From NCBI RefSeq assembly GCF_963921235.1, contig NC_086097.1, forward strand, positions 155,560,001 through 155,624,000: DNA of 64,000 nt, in the 5' to 3' direction. Under the pieces are notes generated by a model. The model saw nothing but the letters and a program-made list of their open reading frames with translations. It was not told the origin of the DNA and did not search any database. This document shows positions 25,532-36,812 of this stretch, piece by piece (within the stretch, counting starts at the first letter, position 1; the number at the start of each line of letters is the position of its first letter). The position numbers and the translations under genes are program-made. The DNA is from Mobula hypostoma. Lineage: Eukaryota.

Positions 25532-27971
25532 ACCTTCACAAGCCTTCCAGGGTCTGCTGCAGTGAAGTATCCCCACAGCATGATGCAGCCAGCACATTGT
25601 TCACAGTAGGGATGGTGTGTTTTTGATGGTATACAGTGTTTGGCTTACTCCAAACATAGTGTTTACTCTGATGGCCTAACAGCTCAATTTTGGTTTAACT
25701 GGATCGTAGTATATTCTTCCAGCTGAATTCAGAGTCTCCCATATGCCTTCTGGCAAACTCTAACCAAGATTTCATGTGAGTTTTTTTCCCCCCCAACAGT
25801 TGTTTTCTCTTTGCCACTCTTCCACAAAGCTGCAACTGATGAAGCAACCGGGCAACGGTTGTTGTACGTACAGTCTCTCCTATCTCAGCCAATGAAGCTT
25901 GTAACTCCACCAGAGCTGTCATAGGTCTTTTGGTGACCTCGCTCACTAATCCCCTTCTTGCACGGTCACTCAATTTTTGAGGACAGCCTGCTCTAGGCAG
26001 AATTACAGCTGTGCCATATTCTTCCCATTTCTTGATGATTGGCTTAACTGCATTCCAAGGGATATTCAGTGACTTGGAAACTTTCTTGTATCCATCTCCT
26101 GACTTGTGCTTTTCAATAACCTTTTTGTGGAGTTGCTTCAAGTGTTCTTTTGTCTTCATGCTATGTTTTTTGCCAGGATACTGACTCACCAGCAATTCGG
26201 GCTTCTTCTTCTTCTTCTTTTTTGTTTTATGGCGGCTGGCAACCTGTTTTCAGTGCATTACCGCCACCTGCTAGACTTCTTGTGTTCCAACCAAATATGT
26301 CCTGGAGTTCTCTACTTTAGACTATCTAGTTCAACCTGCATTTCTCTATTAGCATCACCCTGTAGTTGCAATTCCTCGTGAATGCTTAATGCACTCATTA
26401 GATAATGCCACAAACTGCTATTCTTCCCTAATTTTCGCAAGTTTTTGTGTAGTTGCATTACCTCAATTACATTGATTTCATCTACATCACCTATAAGACT
26501 AAAATCGTCTTGTTAAAGAATAGTAATTATTGCATGTTATACTTTTAAAATTGCTGTTTTTCCAAGTCTATCTGCTTTTCCAGGTTTTCCTTTTCTTGGA
26601 TCCTGCACCCTGTAGTTGTTTGCTGAGACCTCAGAGTTCTTCTTCATTTGCTTCCATGTTTTCATTTTATAATCTGAATGTAGACAATTCTCTTTGCAAC
26701 AAATTCCTTTTCCTTTTGTATCCTTGTAATAATTTCCTCCATTTTCCAATCTCTTTCCAACTCACTGTTGTTCTTGTCGGGTACTTCTATTTGTTGTTGG
26801 AGTTCTGCACATTTACCCTGGGCTTCAATCATAAAATCTGAGGATTTTCCTTAAGTTCTAAAACATTTCTTAAATTCTTGACTATTTGCAATAAATATTC
26901 TGCCATTAAGATTCCATCTCCCCTGCCTGTGAACTGTTGGATCCTCCATTCAGCGTTTCTTTGACTTCTTCCCACCTAATCCCTTTAATACCAAGATACT
27001 TTTAGGCAGACTTAACGATAATTTTAATTATCTCAGTTCTTCTGCTTGTTTGCGCCAAACAATTAATTGCATCTACCATAAAAAGCACAAAATCCTTTCT
27101 ACTCATTAATAGTGTATCCTTATTTTTCATATTACAGCTCTCACAATTCACCTGTTTATTATTCCCTGTATTTATTTGCTTGACAGCCTTTTTTTCATCA
27201 ACTTCTTTCACTGCCTCTGCATAACTGATTCCTTGAGTTACTTTTACATATGGTATCTCAGCCGCCTTCTTACTATAAATGCACCCTTGATAAGCTGCGC
27301 TGTGTTCCTCACCACAATTGCAGCATTTCAGCCTAGCGCCTGCCTCACAGTTCCCATATTCAGGTTCTCTAGTGCATCTTCCACATCTTTGTTTCCCTCT
27401 GCAGACCGCCGCAATGTGCCCGAAGTTATGACATTTATAGCATCTTAAAGGCGGTGGTATATATATTCTAACCGCATAACACATATACCCTAAATAAACG
27501 TTACTTGATATCCTCTCTCTCCACCATTTTCCAGTCACCATAGCAGTTCCAACTAACACCACCATCAGCCTCCCTGAGAGGAGAGGAGCCTTTCGGCAGG
27601 ATTAGCAATGATTAGGATTAGATACACGTGTATTTGTACTACAATCAATTGAAACACCTTGACTGCACACAGGTGATGTCCATTTAACTAATTATGTGAT
27701 TTCTAAAACCATTTGGCTACACCAGTGATGAGTTTGTGTCTCATATTAAAGGGAGGGGGGTGTGAATACTTACACAATCAGTTATTTTGTGTTTTATACT
27801 TGTAATTAATTTAGATACTTTATAGAGCTCTCTTTTCACTTTGACATGAGAGAGTTTTTCTGTTGATCAGTGTCAAAAACAAAAGCCAAATTAAATCCAC
27901 TGCAATTCAATGTTGTAAAACAACAAAACTTGAAAATTTCCAAGAGGGGTGAGTACATTTTATAGGTACTG
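25532..27971 (-). mobile_element. Tc1 (IR/DR family) partial copy, interrupted at ~26196-27618
   Basis: ORF 25695-26195: MKTKEH..HKSGDGYKKVSKSLNIP..GRVAKRK..LEFARRH; homologous to 54165-55176; TIR ends '...ttataggtactg' followed by TA. Confidence 0.92.
26200..27600 (-). mobile_element. Nimb/I-group LINE derivative: gag-like ORF1 zinc knuckles joined to the 3' end
   Basis: ORF 27002-27565 has three Cys/His knuckles (CYKCHNFGHIAAVC, CGRC..., CCNCGEEHSAAYQGC); minus-strand 3' end 'ggtggcggtaatgcac...ccgccataaaac' followed by a (GAA)n tail at 26203-26220. Confidence 0.75.
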
Positions 27972-28780
27972 TATCAAACGGAAAAATAATGTTGTGGCTG
28001 ATTGCCTTTCAAGGCCAGCCATTGAGGCTGTAAAAATAGGGGTTGACTATGACGGCATGAAACTGACCAAGCTACTGACCCAGAGCTCCAGGCTTACCAA
28101 ACAGCAGTCACAGGCCAAATTGAACAACATTCAATGTCCCAGTCCATCTGTTGCCACCTTATTGCCTGTAAAGGCTTTCTGAAGCTCCTGCCAAAATTTT
28201 CCAACAAAGACTCAGACACAAGAGACAAACACACCCAAATCCCCCAGCGTGCCCAGGAACTGGCATCTAAGCTAATCCAACAGCTTTATGGACTGCCAGG
28301 TGATTTTATTCCTGACACCATGACCACCTATTCGGACTCTTAACAACGTTCCACCCTCCTAAGCAAATTCAATTCCTTTTCACCTGTTCCTACCTCCCTT
28401 CATGGTGTACAGCACGCTTGGGTTCCTGTTGACTAACATTCTGCCTTGTTTGTTTTCATCTGCCATGATGCACAGCAACAGCCTCTTAAGCCCCCCTGTG
28501 ATGGCCCGTTCTGTGATTTGGAATGGAGACAAAAGACTTTTATCATTGATAAACAAGATAAACCTGAATGTGTTTAAACTGGCCACCAAGATTTGGAGGA
28601 TTCTGCTACCATGCCACTACCATCATGGTATGACTAGGAGTGTGTCAACACACCTCTGGATGAGCCAGCTGCACCTGCTGTTCCTCCACCCATGAAACAG
28701 AGCACCTGAGCCAGGTGGCTTGTTCCAGCTCCAGCCAGGCTCACAATACGGGTTTTGCTGAATTCTGTGGAGGTGAGGCC

Positions 28781-28994
28781 TGTGAAGGGAAATGTACTTG
28801 GAGGAAATGTAAAGAATTCACAACGATTGATATTGGGTTGGCATTCACATTAAGAGACTGGTCTGACATGATGGGATAATGACATAAAAGATCTATCATG
28901 TTTTTAGTTCAGTTTTTGGTGTTCAATAAATGAGTGTTCAATGATTTTTCTTAAACATAAAATGCCTCCGTTGTTTTATTTGTGAAAACCTACA
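28781..28994 (+). repeat. Gypsy 3' LTR
   Basis: TG...CA termini, preceded by a purine-rich tract and followed by TSD CTAT. Confidence 0.9.
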
Positions 28995-29848
28995 CTATGT
29001 CTATGAAAGATAAAATGCAAAATGTAAATGGAGAAACAAGAGAAAATTTTCAAATGCTGGAAATCCAAGCAACACACACAAAATACTGGAAGAGCTCAGC
29101 AGGCCAGGCAGCATCTATGGGAAAGAGCTCAGTCGATGTTTCAGGCTGAGGCCCTTCAGCAGCAATGTAAATGGAGGCTTGCTTTGCTTTTGCTGCTTCT
29201 TTATCTGTCCATTAAGATTTGGTTTAACTGCCTCGTTACTGAGATCTATTTCTTTCTGTAATGCCTTCCAGTTGTTGCTGTATTTATTAACATTTTCATG
29301 TTTTCTACCATCATTCTCATCAGTTCCATAACTCCAGTTATTGTCCTTTAATATGACTGCACACTTGTAGACTTACCCTAATTTTCCTTCCATCCATCTT
29401 CCCTTGTGTGAATAACATTAATTAACAACCAGCATGTTATTGGAACATATGAAGTAACTGAGAACCTGGAAGAGACCTTCAAAAGCAGACAAGGCAAATG
29501 TAACGTGGCCTCTGTTGTAGTGAGGACTCAGCCCCAAGCTGCTGTGTGGCCTGCTTGCAGCTGCCCAGAGAGAGGCGTCAGAGTTGAATGCTCCAGTGGA
29601 GTGCTGGAGGTGGTGTGGCATGACGTAAATACTGTTATCAGTGCTGCCCCCACTGTTTGTTCAGCAGAAGTCAAGTTGTGTTGTGTTTGACTGCAACTGC
29701 TGCAACATTCACGGACTCTGGGACTTGGACTACGAATATTTTTTGGGCGCAAACATGAGGAAATCTGCAGATGCTGGAATTTCAAGCAACACACATAAAA
29801 ATTGTTGGTGAACGCAGCAGGCCAGGCAGCATCTCTAGGAAAAGGTAC

Positions 29849-29884
29849 AGTGGACATTTCGGGCCGAGACCCTTCGTCAGGACT
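29849..29884 (-). ncRNA. Hammerhead motif in the inverted pLTR (decayed 3' half)
   Basis: Minus strand reads AGTC-CTGACGA-A-GGGTCTCGGCCC-GAAA-TG-TC-CACT. Confidence 0.65.
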
Positions 29885-30163
29885 AACTGAAAGAAGAGCT
29901 AGTAAGAGATTTGAAAGTGGGAGGGGAGGAGGAGATCGAAAATGATAGGAGAAGACAGGAGGGGGAGGGATTGAGCCAGGAGCTGGAAAGTTGATTGGCG
30001 AAAGGGATATGAGTGGATCATGGGACAGGAGGCCTAGGAAGAAAGAAAAGGGGGAGGGGGGGAAAAACCAGAGGATGGGCAAGGGGTATAGTGAGGGGGA
30101 CAGAGGGAGAAAAAGGAGAGAGAGAAAAAGAATGTGTGTATATAAATAAATAACAGATAGGGT

Positions 30164-31405
30164 ACTCTGCTCCGTCTAGCGGAATTAGTCCTTACTCTTA
30201 ATAATTTCTCCTTTGGCTCCTCCCATTTCCTCCAAACTAAAGGTGTAGCTATGGGCACCCGTATGGGTCCTAGCTATGCCTGCCTTTTTGTTGGCTTTGT
30301 GGAACAATCTACGTTCCACCCCTATTCTGGTATCTGTCCCCCACTTTTCCTTCGCTACATCGACGATTGCATTGGCGCTGCTTCCTGCACGCATGCTGAG
30401 CTCATTGACTTCATTAACTTTGTCTCCAACTTTCACCCTGCCCTCAAGTTTACCTGGTCCATTTCTGACACCTCCCTCCCCCTTTTAGATCTTTCTGTCT
30501 CTGTCTCTGGAGACAGCTTATCTACTGATGTCTACTATAAGCCTACTGACTCTCACAGCTATCTGGACTATTCCTCTTCTCACCCTGTCTCTTGCAAAAA
30601 TGCCATTCCCTTCTCGCAATTCCTCCGTCTCCACTGCATCTGCTCTCAGGATGAAGCATTTCATTCCAGGATGAAGGAGATGTCCTCCTTTTTTAAAGAA
30701 AGGGGCCTTTCCTCCACCATTAATTCTGTTCTCAAACACATCTCCCCCATTTCACGCACATCTGCTCTCACTCCATCCTCCCACCACCCCACTAGGAATA
30801 GGGTTCCCCTTGTCCTCACCTACCACCCCACCAGCCTCCAGGTCCAACATATAATTCTCCGTAACTTCCGCCACCTCCAACGGGATCCCACCACTGAGCA
30901 CATTTCCCCTCCCCCCCACCGCTTTCCGCAGGGATCGCTCTCTACGCGACTCCCTTGTCCATTCATCCTCCCCATCCCTCCCCATCGATCTCCCTCCTGG
31001 CACTTATCCTTGTAAACGGAACAAGTGCTACACATGCCCTTACACTTCCTCTCTCACTACCATTCAGGGCCCCAGACAGTCCTTCCAGGTGAGGCGACAC
31101 TTCACCTGTGAGTCGGCTGGGGTGATATACTGCATCCGGTGCTCCCGATGCGACCTTCTATATATTGGCGAGACCCGACGCAGACTGGGAGATCGTTTCG
31201 CTGAACACCTACGCTCTGTCCACCAGAGAAAGCAGGATCTCCCGGCGGCCACACATTTTAATTTCATGTCCCATTCCCATTCTGACATGTCTATCCACGG
31301 CCTCCTCTACTGTAAAGATGAAGCTACACTCAGGTTGGAGGAACACCTTACATTTCGTCTGGGTAGCCTCCAACCTGATGGCATGAACACTGGCTTCTCA
31401 AACTT
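30164..31405 (+). pseudogene. Penelope RT and GIY-YIG endonuclease coding remnant (frameshifted)
   Basis: ORFs 30251-31015 and 31089-31793 carry the RT palm/thumb and GIY-YIG motifs; frameshift around the C-run near 30910. Confidence 0.9.
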
Positions 31406-31703
31406 CCCACCTCCCCCTCGTACCCCATCCGTTATTTATTTATATACACACACATTCTTTTTCTCTCCCTCCTTTTTCTCCCTCTGTCCCCCTCACTATA
31501 CCCCTTTGCCATCCTCTGGGCTTTCTCCCTCTCCCCCTTTTCTTTCTCCCTATGCCTGCTTTCCCATGATCCTCTCATATCCCCTTTGCCAATCACCTGT
31601 CCAGCTCTTGACTCCATCCCTCCCCATCCTGTCTTCTCCTATCATTTTGGATCTCCCCCTCCCTCTCTCACTTTCAAATCTCTTACTAGCTCTTCTTTCA
31701 GTT

Positions 31704-31739
31704 AGTCCTGACGAAGGATCTCGGCCCGAAACGTCGACT
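31704..31739 (+). ncRNA. Minimal hammerhead ribozyme motif in the Penelope pLTR
   Basis: AGTC-CTGACGA(31708-31714)-A-GGATCTCGGCCC-GAAA(31728-31731)-CG-TC-GACT; GUC triplet; one stem II mismatch. Confidence 0.75.
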
Positions 31740-32263
31740 GTACCTCTTCCTAGAGATGCTGCCTGGCCTGCTGCATTCACGAACAACTTTTAAATATATT
31801 TTGGGTGAGTGCTTCACAGCTATATTATGTGCACTTGCTATCTTATATGTGCTATATGTGCCTTGTGTTGTGTGCGACTGTTGATACTGTGTTTTGCACC
31901 TTGGCCTTAGAGTAACACTGTTTCATTTGGCTGCATTAGTATTCATGTCTGGCTGAATGGCTATTACACCTGAACTTGAACTTGAACTCAAACAATACCC
32001 AAAGTCAGGATAGAACTGCGTTACGGGATCTGCGTGACAGCAGTATTAACTGCTGCCCCACTGTGCTGTTTCTTTCAGATTTTACAACAGAAACGGGAGA
32101 TCATTATGGCTCTATGACTCAAGGATATGCAATATCAATCTGTCTCTGGAATATGTGCTTCCATAGGAGACATTAAAGAGCTTTAAAATCCAGGTGGACA
32201 GGAAGAATGAGCAGTATAAGGAGATGCACATAAAATATACTTACTTTGAAAAAGGATCTAGAG

Positions 32264-32880
32264 CTTTCCCTTAACAATGAGGAGGAGGAACCTATCGCCA
32301 CCGCCTGTCTTCCATATAATTCTATGGTTTCTGGAACAATCGCTAGGATCCTGAAGAACTACCAGATTAATACTATCCACAAACCTGTAAGGAAGCTTAT
32401 GCAGATCAAATATGACTTGGGACTCAGGACAGCTGTGAACGCAGAGCAGCGTACATTGGCCAGACAGGATGCACAATGGAAACCCGCATCAAGGAGCAGA
32501 GGACCTGTATCCATTTGGGTTATCCAGAGAAATCAGCGGTAGAAGAACATTGCATTCACAATGGCCAAAACTACTGAGCCATGCCAATGGCTTTTTGGAT
32601 CACCTGGTGAAGTAAAACTAGGGAAAAAGAATTTTAATAAAGACAAAGGTCTTGATCTAAGTAAGGATTAGAATTCAATTGTAAGCAAGGTAGGAGAGCG
32701 GAAACCTGATTGGATGAGGACTAATTAATCAGAGAGGACAGACGACGGGGGTATATAGAGCACCGGACTAGACACGCCTAGGCATTATCCCTGATGAAGA
32801 TGGCAGAGTTTGACATCGAAACAATGTTTAAAGTCAATACTTGTACCCAGCTGGAAGCCACAGAAGAGCTTATTCATAAG
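32264..32880 (+). mobile_element. Second Penelope family 3' fragment (GIY-YIG and pLTR with degenerate hammerhead)
   Basis: ACLPY..GTIARILKNYQINTIHKP; 'tacattggccagacaggatgcacaatggaaacccgcatcaaggag' reads YIGQTGCTMETRIKE; CTGATGA at 32791-32797 and GAAA at 32818-32821. Confidence 0.85.
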
Positions 32881-34159
32881 CTTACTTTGTGCAAAAAGGA
32901 AAGAATGAGTTATTCAGAACAGACAGTACTGGTAGCATTGGACAGACAATGCGAAGCTTTGGATGGAGAAACAAAATTAACATTTGAGATTGAGAACACT
33001 TCATAAAAAAGTGCATGCGTGTATCCAACAGAAGGCTTCATAGTTCTGATGGAAGGTCATTGAAGCAAAACATTAAACCTGTTTATCTTTCCATAGGTGC
33101 TCGCTGGCCCAAGCAGATTTTCCATTATTTTCTGTTTCCACCAAGATGTTACATTTTTATTATCTTCAAAATTATAATAATCAAGAATATTTAGTTTGGC
33201 ATGTTGTTTGGTATAGCAAAGGATTCAAGTAACAATAGAATCAAAATAAACATAATAAGATGGAATTTAGGAAGAAGTTAAAGCATAGTTCAGGTTGCAT
33301 TTAAAATTTAAGGAAAGAAGATAAGAAATTTTAAATTTCATGAGGAATTGAGGAACAGAGATGGTGCATAACACATAGCATCACTCTCTGTGAAAGCCAA
33401 GGGAGAATGAAAAACACTTCAAATACTGCTTTTACATCAAATGCAATCCAAGAACATAGGTGTAATTTTTATCCAAAAGAGGGCACTCAGGCTGCATAAC
33501 AGAGGAGGAACCAAGTTAGTGAAGCAATCGTATTTATACCATCTCTGGCAATAAAAAAATGAAAACTCTTCTCATACAGTAAGGCTATCTGTAAGCCCTT
33601 TAAATGCTGCAAGTTAGTTCATAAAATTGAGCAATTAGAGATTGACATTAATACAAAAGTAGTATTAATGTGAAATGGATCTACAGAAGTTAATAATGTC
33701 AAGATCTTTGCATCTTCTTATTCTATTTTATGAAATTAAGATGATGTAGCATAAATTTACAGAAGACTTTCTTGATCAATAAAGCCCTTGAAAATTAACG
33801 TGTGATCTATTATTTTTCAACGCACTTTATTTGCTCTTTGTTTCCACAGCTCCTAATACCTTTGTAGCCAAGCTAACCCCATTCATCAGATCCTTTACAT
33901 TTTGGCCTCCTAATTTTCCAGAATTAGTGAAGAGTTATTCTTCGAAGGTGGGTGTCACTTGCAACGCCTGTGTTTATTCATTATTTTCTATTGGCCCTTG
34001 AAAAACTGCTTTGAATTGTTTCTGTCCCTGCAGTGAAAACTCCCACACACTGCTCATTAACAGGGCTTTTAAAGATGTTGACTCAGACACCATAAGAAAT
34101 AGTGACTGACTGTCAGTAGGCAAATTGTAACAGTCCAGGTTACTGCTCAGACAGGAGTT

Positions 34160-34385
34160 AATTATAACAGTGACAAAACTCTCAAACATTTCATCACAGT
34201 AGATATCAGTGTTACTGGTTGATAGTTGTTGAGACAGCTCATCCTGATCTCCTTAGGTACCTGTGTGATTGATGTCCTTCTGAAGCAGGTGGGAACCTTT
34301 GACTGCAGAAGTGAGAGATTGACGATATCCTTGACCATTCCTGCCAATTGTTTGGCACAGGTTTTTACTACCCTGCCAGGTACAT
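34160..34385 (-). mobile_element. Rex1/Babar-like RT fragment
   Basis: IVNLSLLQSKVPTCFRRTSITQVPK..SCLNNYQPVTLISTVMKC (ORF 34162-34347). Confidence 0.85.
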
Positions 34386-35439
34386 CACTCTTCTCAGAAA
34401 TGGCTCTGGCTAAATACTTCCCTGACTACACATACAAAATTCTGGAGGAATTCAGCAGGTCAGGCAGCGTCTATGGAGAGAATAAACAATCAGTGTTTCA
34501 GCTGAGACTCTTCATTGGGACTCCAGCATTTTGTTTGTGTTGCTCTGGATTTCCAGCATCTGTAGAATCTTTTGTGTTTATGATTTCCATGGCAAATCAT
34601 CTACTGCATGTTAGAGAGATTTTTGGGTTTAGGACCTGTACATTTAGTAATTGACTTTGGCTACCAGTCTTCACACCTGAAATTGTATTGTGGATTTAAT
34701 TTGGCGGGCAACTCTGAACAAAGGGTTCCTGCAAGCTGTGACTCCCAGACCAGACAATGAATTGTCTTTTGATGTTTGGCACAGAAAATATTGAGCCCCA
34801 TGCTGGGCCAGCGAGACCTTTCAATGAAAGCGTCTCCACATGATGCCTGGGGTACCTTGTCTTGTCACATAAAGAAGCTGCTTTGTATCTGATAGAACTT
34901 TTCGCCAGTGACTTCATTCTTGCAAAAAACACTGCATTGTTCCAATTCTGAGAGATGAGATGTCAGTCTGATAGCAGGAGAGAAGAGGTCAGTTCATTCA
35001 TGGAAGAAGTCAGTTTAGTGTGACAGCAGGAGAGGAGGCACCAGTCAGATCACGGTGGAGGAAAGATCAGTCTGATCATAGAAGAAAAGAGGTAAATTAG
35101 ATTGTAAGAGAGAAGAAGTTAATCTAACAATGAAATAGGAAAATTCTGTCCAAGGGCAGGTCAGCCTGACAGCAGGATGTGTGTCAGACAGACAGTGGTG
35201 AAAAGTACCATACAACAACTGGATTTTGGTTTGTGGGAAATATGAAGTCTAAGGTCACGTGTTAAGCCAACTTCATTCTGGCCTGATTCCCTGAAAGTTA
35301 CCAATTTGTACAGTGCATGCAAGTTACATGGTGTAATTTGCTCTTCCAAGAAAATCAATCTATACATTACATTCTATAGTAAATATATGCTGCATGTCAA
35401 AATAGTGGACTGATATTGCATAGATGAGTAATTAGGCCA

Positions 35440-35803
35440 GGTAAGGGTAGCCGATGGGTCTCAAACCCTCGGTGAGATAGGGAGTTGTCTATCCCAGCAT
35501 GTGAAAACAGACCCTGGCGGATTGAGCGGACGTGACCAATGGAAGGTCCAACGGTCAAGAAGGCGGTCTCTGCAAGTGTCGTGGGATGTGTAGAGCAGGA
35601 CAAGACACATAAGACGTCCTGGTCATCCACTGCACCTAATCCCATCTCCAGCCGTCTCGACTCTGTCTTGCCACTGGATCCAGATAGGAATTGGGAAGAG
35701 AGTGAGGCTGACGCTGCACAACTCTCGCTCACTTAAATCCAAATCATGCGTTAGTCTTGACACCATCGAGGTCCTCATCAATGTTGACAATGGACGAACA
35801 GAC
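35440..35803 (+). mobile_element. 5'-truncated copy of the 9946-10452 retroposon
   Basis: Colinear with 10076-10452; 10-bp TSD AATTAGGCCA at 35430-35439 and 35804-35813. Confidence 0.85.
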
Positions 35804-35857
35804 AATTAGGCCATGAGAAGAGATATGAGACATGTTCAACATGATGTGTTGTTCTTA

Positions 35858-36361
35858 TGTAACAGCTTAGGAAAGGCTTCACGGCTAACATAATGGTCTT
35901 TCTGTAGAAGCAGTGTTTAAGTTATGGTGAAAGAGAACAGATCTCGGTCTTTTGTTTGGCGTGAGATGAAGAGAGAGGAGACGAGAGAACCGGTTGTAGG
36001 ATATGACTCGCTGGGGAGATCGTGATTCGACGGAGCCAGGCATCGAGGTCGACTGAGGGTTGGTGAATTGAGCTCCAATTGGTGCACATTTGACAGTTTA
36101 ATTATAATAGGCCCATGTTGTTTTTTCTTTCTTTTCTTTACAAACCCTTCAATTAAGATCCATAAATATAATTCCTTTAATCGCATGCAGTGTGCTGCCT
36201 GTTGTTTCTTGGCACTGAGTTGTAACAGGGTGGCAAATTACCCAGTATCCACACAACCCGGGGTTTGGGGTGGGAGAGCCGTCTCAATCTCACGGGGTTG
36301 GCGGGACCGGAGTGTGTCTTCCCTAGACTTACGCAGTCAAGGAAACCAGTGGGGTTTTACC
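35858..36361 (+). mobile_element. Probable solo LTR related to 14575-15264
   Basis: Starts TGTAAC, ends '...ggggttttac'; shares blocks with the 14.6-kb LTR ('atccacacaa', 'cttccctagac', 'tttaatcg(c/t)at'); TSD imperfect. Confidence 0.65.
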
Positions 36362-36605
36362 TAAAAAAGTTTTGTGTCGGCTTGCTGGAAGTAGATGTAA
36401 ATTGGAAATAAAATTGTGTGAATCTGAGGTGGGAACAATATGCCTTTTCCATTTCCCAGTGTCAAATGGGAATGACAACAGTTCCAAGATCAAAATGCTA
36501 CTTGGCTTCTCTCCAAACTGCTTCTTTTCTTCTCATCTGCCAAAAGATGCATGGATTTAACAAGGGAGGGAACTCAAGCTTAGCTATATTGCCTCACAAA
36601 CCGGT

Positions 36606-36812
36606 TTAGCTGGCTTGTGTTGTAGTGACACCAGCACCAGACTTTCAAGGCGAATGGTCCTGAGTTCGAAACCGGCCACTCCTTGCACACCTTCTATCCG
36701 TACTGAGTTGAGCATAAAGTTAGCAACTTGGCCTTGTCAAAAACAGTCAACTGCTAAGGAAATGGCAAAATTGCCGCCTGATGGGCCGCAAGGTGTGAAA
36801 AGGAACAACAAC
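36606..36812 (+). mobile_element. tRNA-derived SINE with (CAA)n tail
   Basis: tRNA-like head with B-box 'gagttcgaaacc'; 3' end 'ggaacaacaacaa'; possible TSD ACAAACC. Confidence 0.7.

Larger units (their letters stand above)
23347..28994 (+). mobile_element. Decayed Gypsy/Ty3 LTR retrotransposon with nested insertions
   Basis: LTRs 23347-23547 and 28781-28994, both ending 'aaacctaca'; TSD CTAT (23343-23346, 28995-28998); PBS 'ttggtgactcc' at 23548; purine-rich tract before the 3' LTR; gag (KLPEFW..FVQAEAQF), protease (FL*DTGAQV, ~24310), RT (PWAS..HMVP..CGDY, FGLKNAAHTF), RNase H end (KNNVVADCLSRP). Confidence 0.92.
29748..31792 (+). mobile_element. Penelope-like element (Neptune-type), 5'-truncated, with inverted 5' pLTR
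   Basis: RT: GVAMGTRMGPSYACLF, FLRYIDDC, TDVYYKPTD. Cys linker CKRNKCYTC; GIY-YIG: GVIYCIRC..LYIGET.RRLGDRFAEH. pLTR ~31410-31792 with inverted copy 29748-30163. 13-bp TSD AATATTTTTTGGG (29735-29747) and AATATATTTTGGG (31793-31805). Confidence 0.95.

Noticed and set aside
27002..27565. Host zinc-finger gene or retroviral gag
   Set aside because: It is intronless, inserted inside a Tc1 and linked to a LINE-type (GAA)n tail, so it is best explained as LINE ORF1.
36606..36680. Functional tRNA gene
   Set aside because: A B-box is present but the cloverleaf is degenerate, and it continues into a SINE body with a (CAA)n tail.
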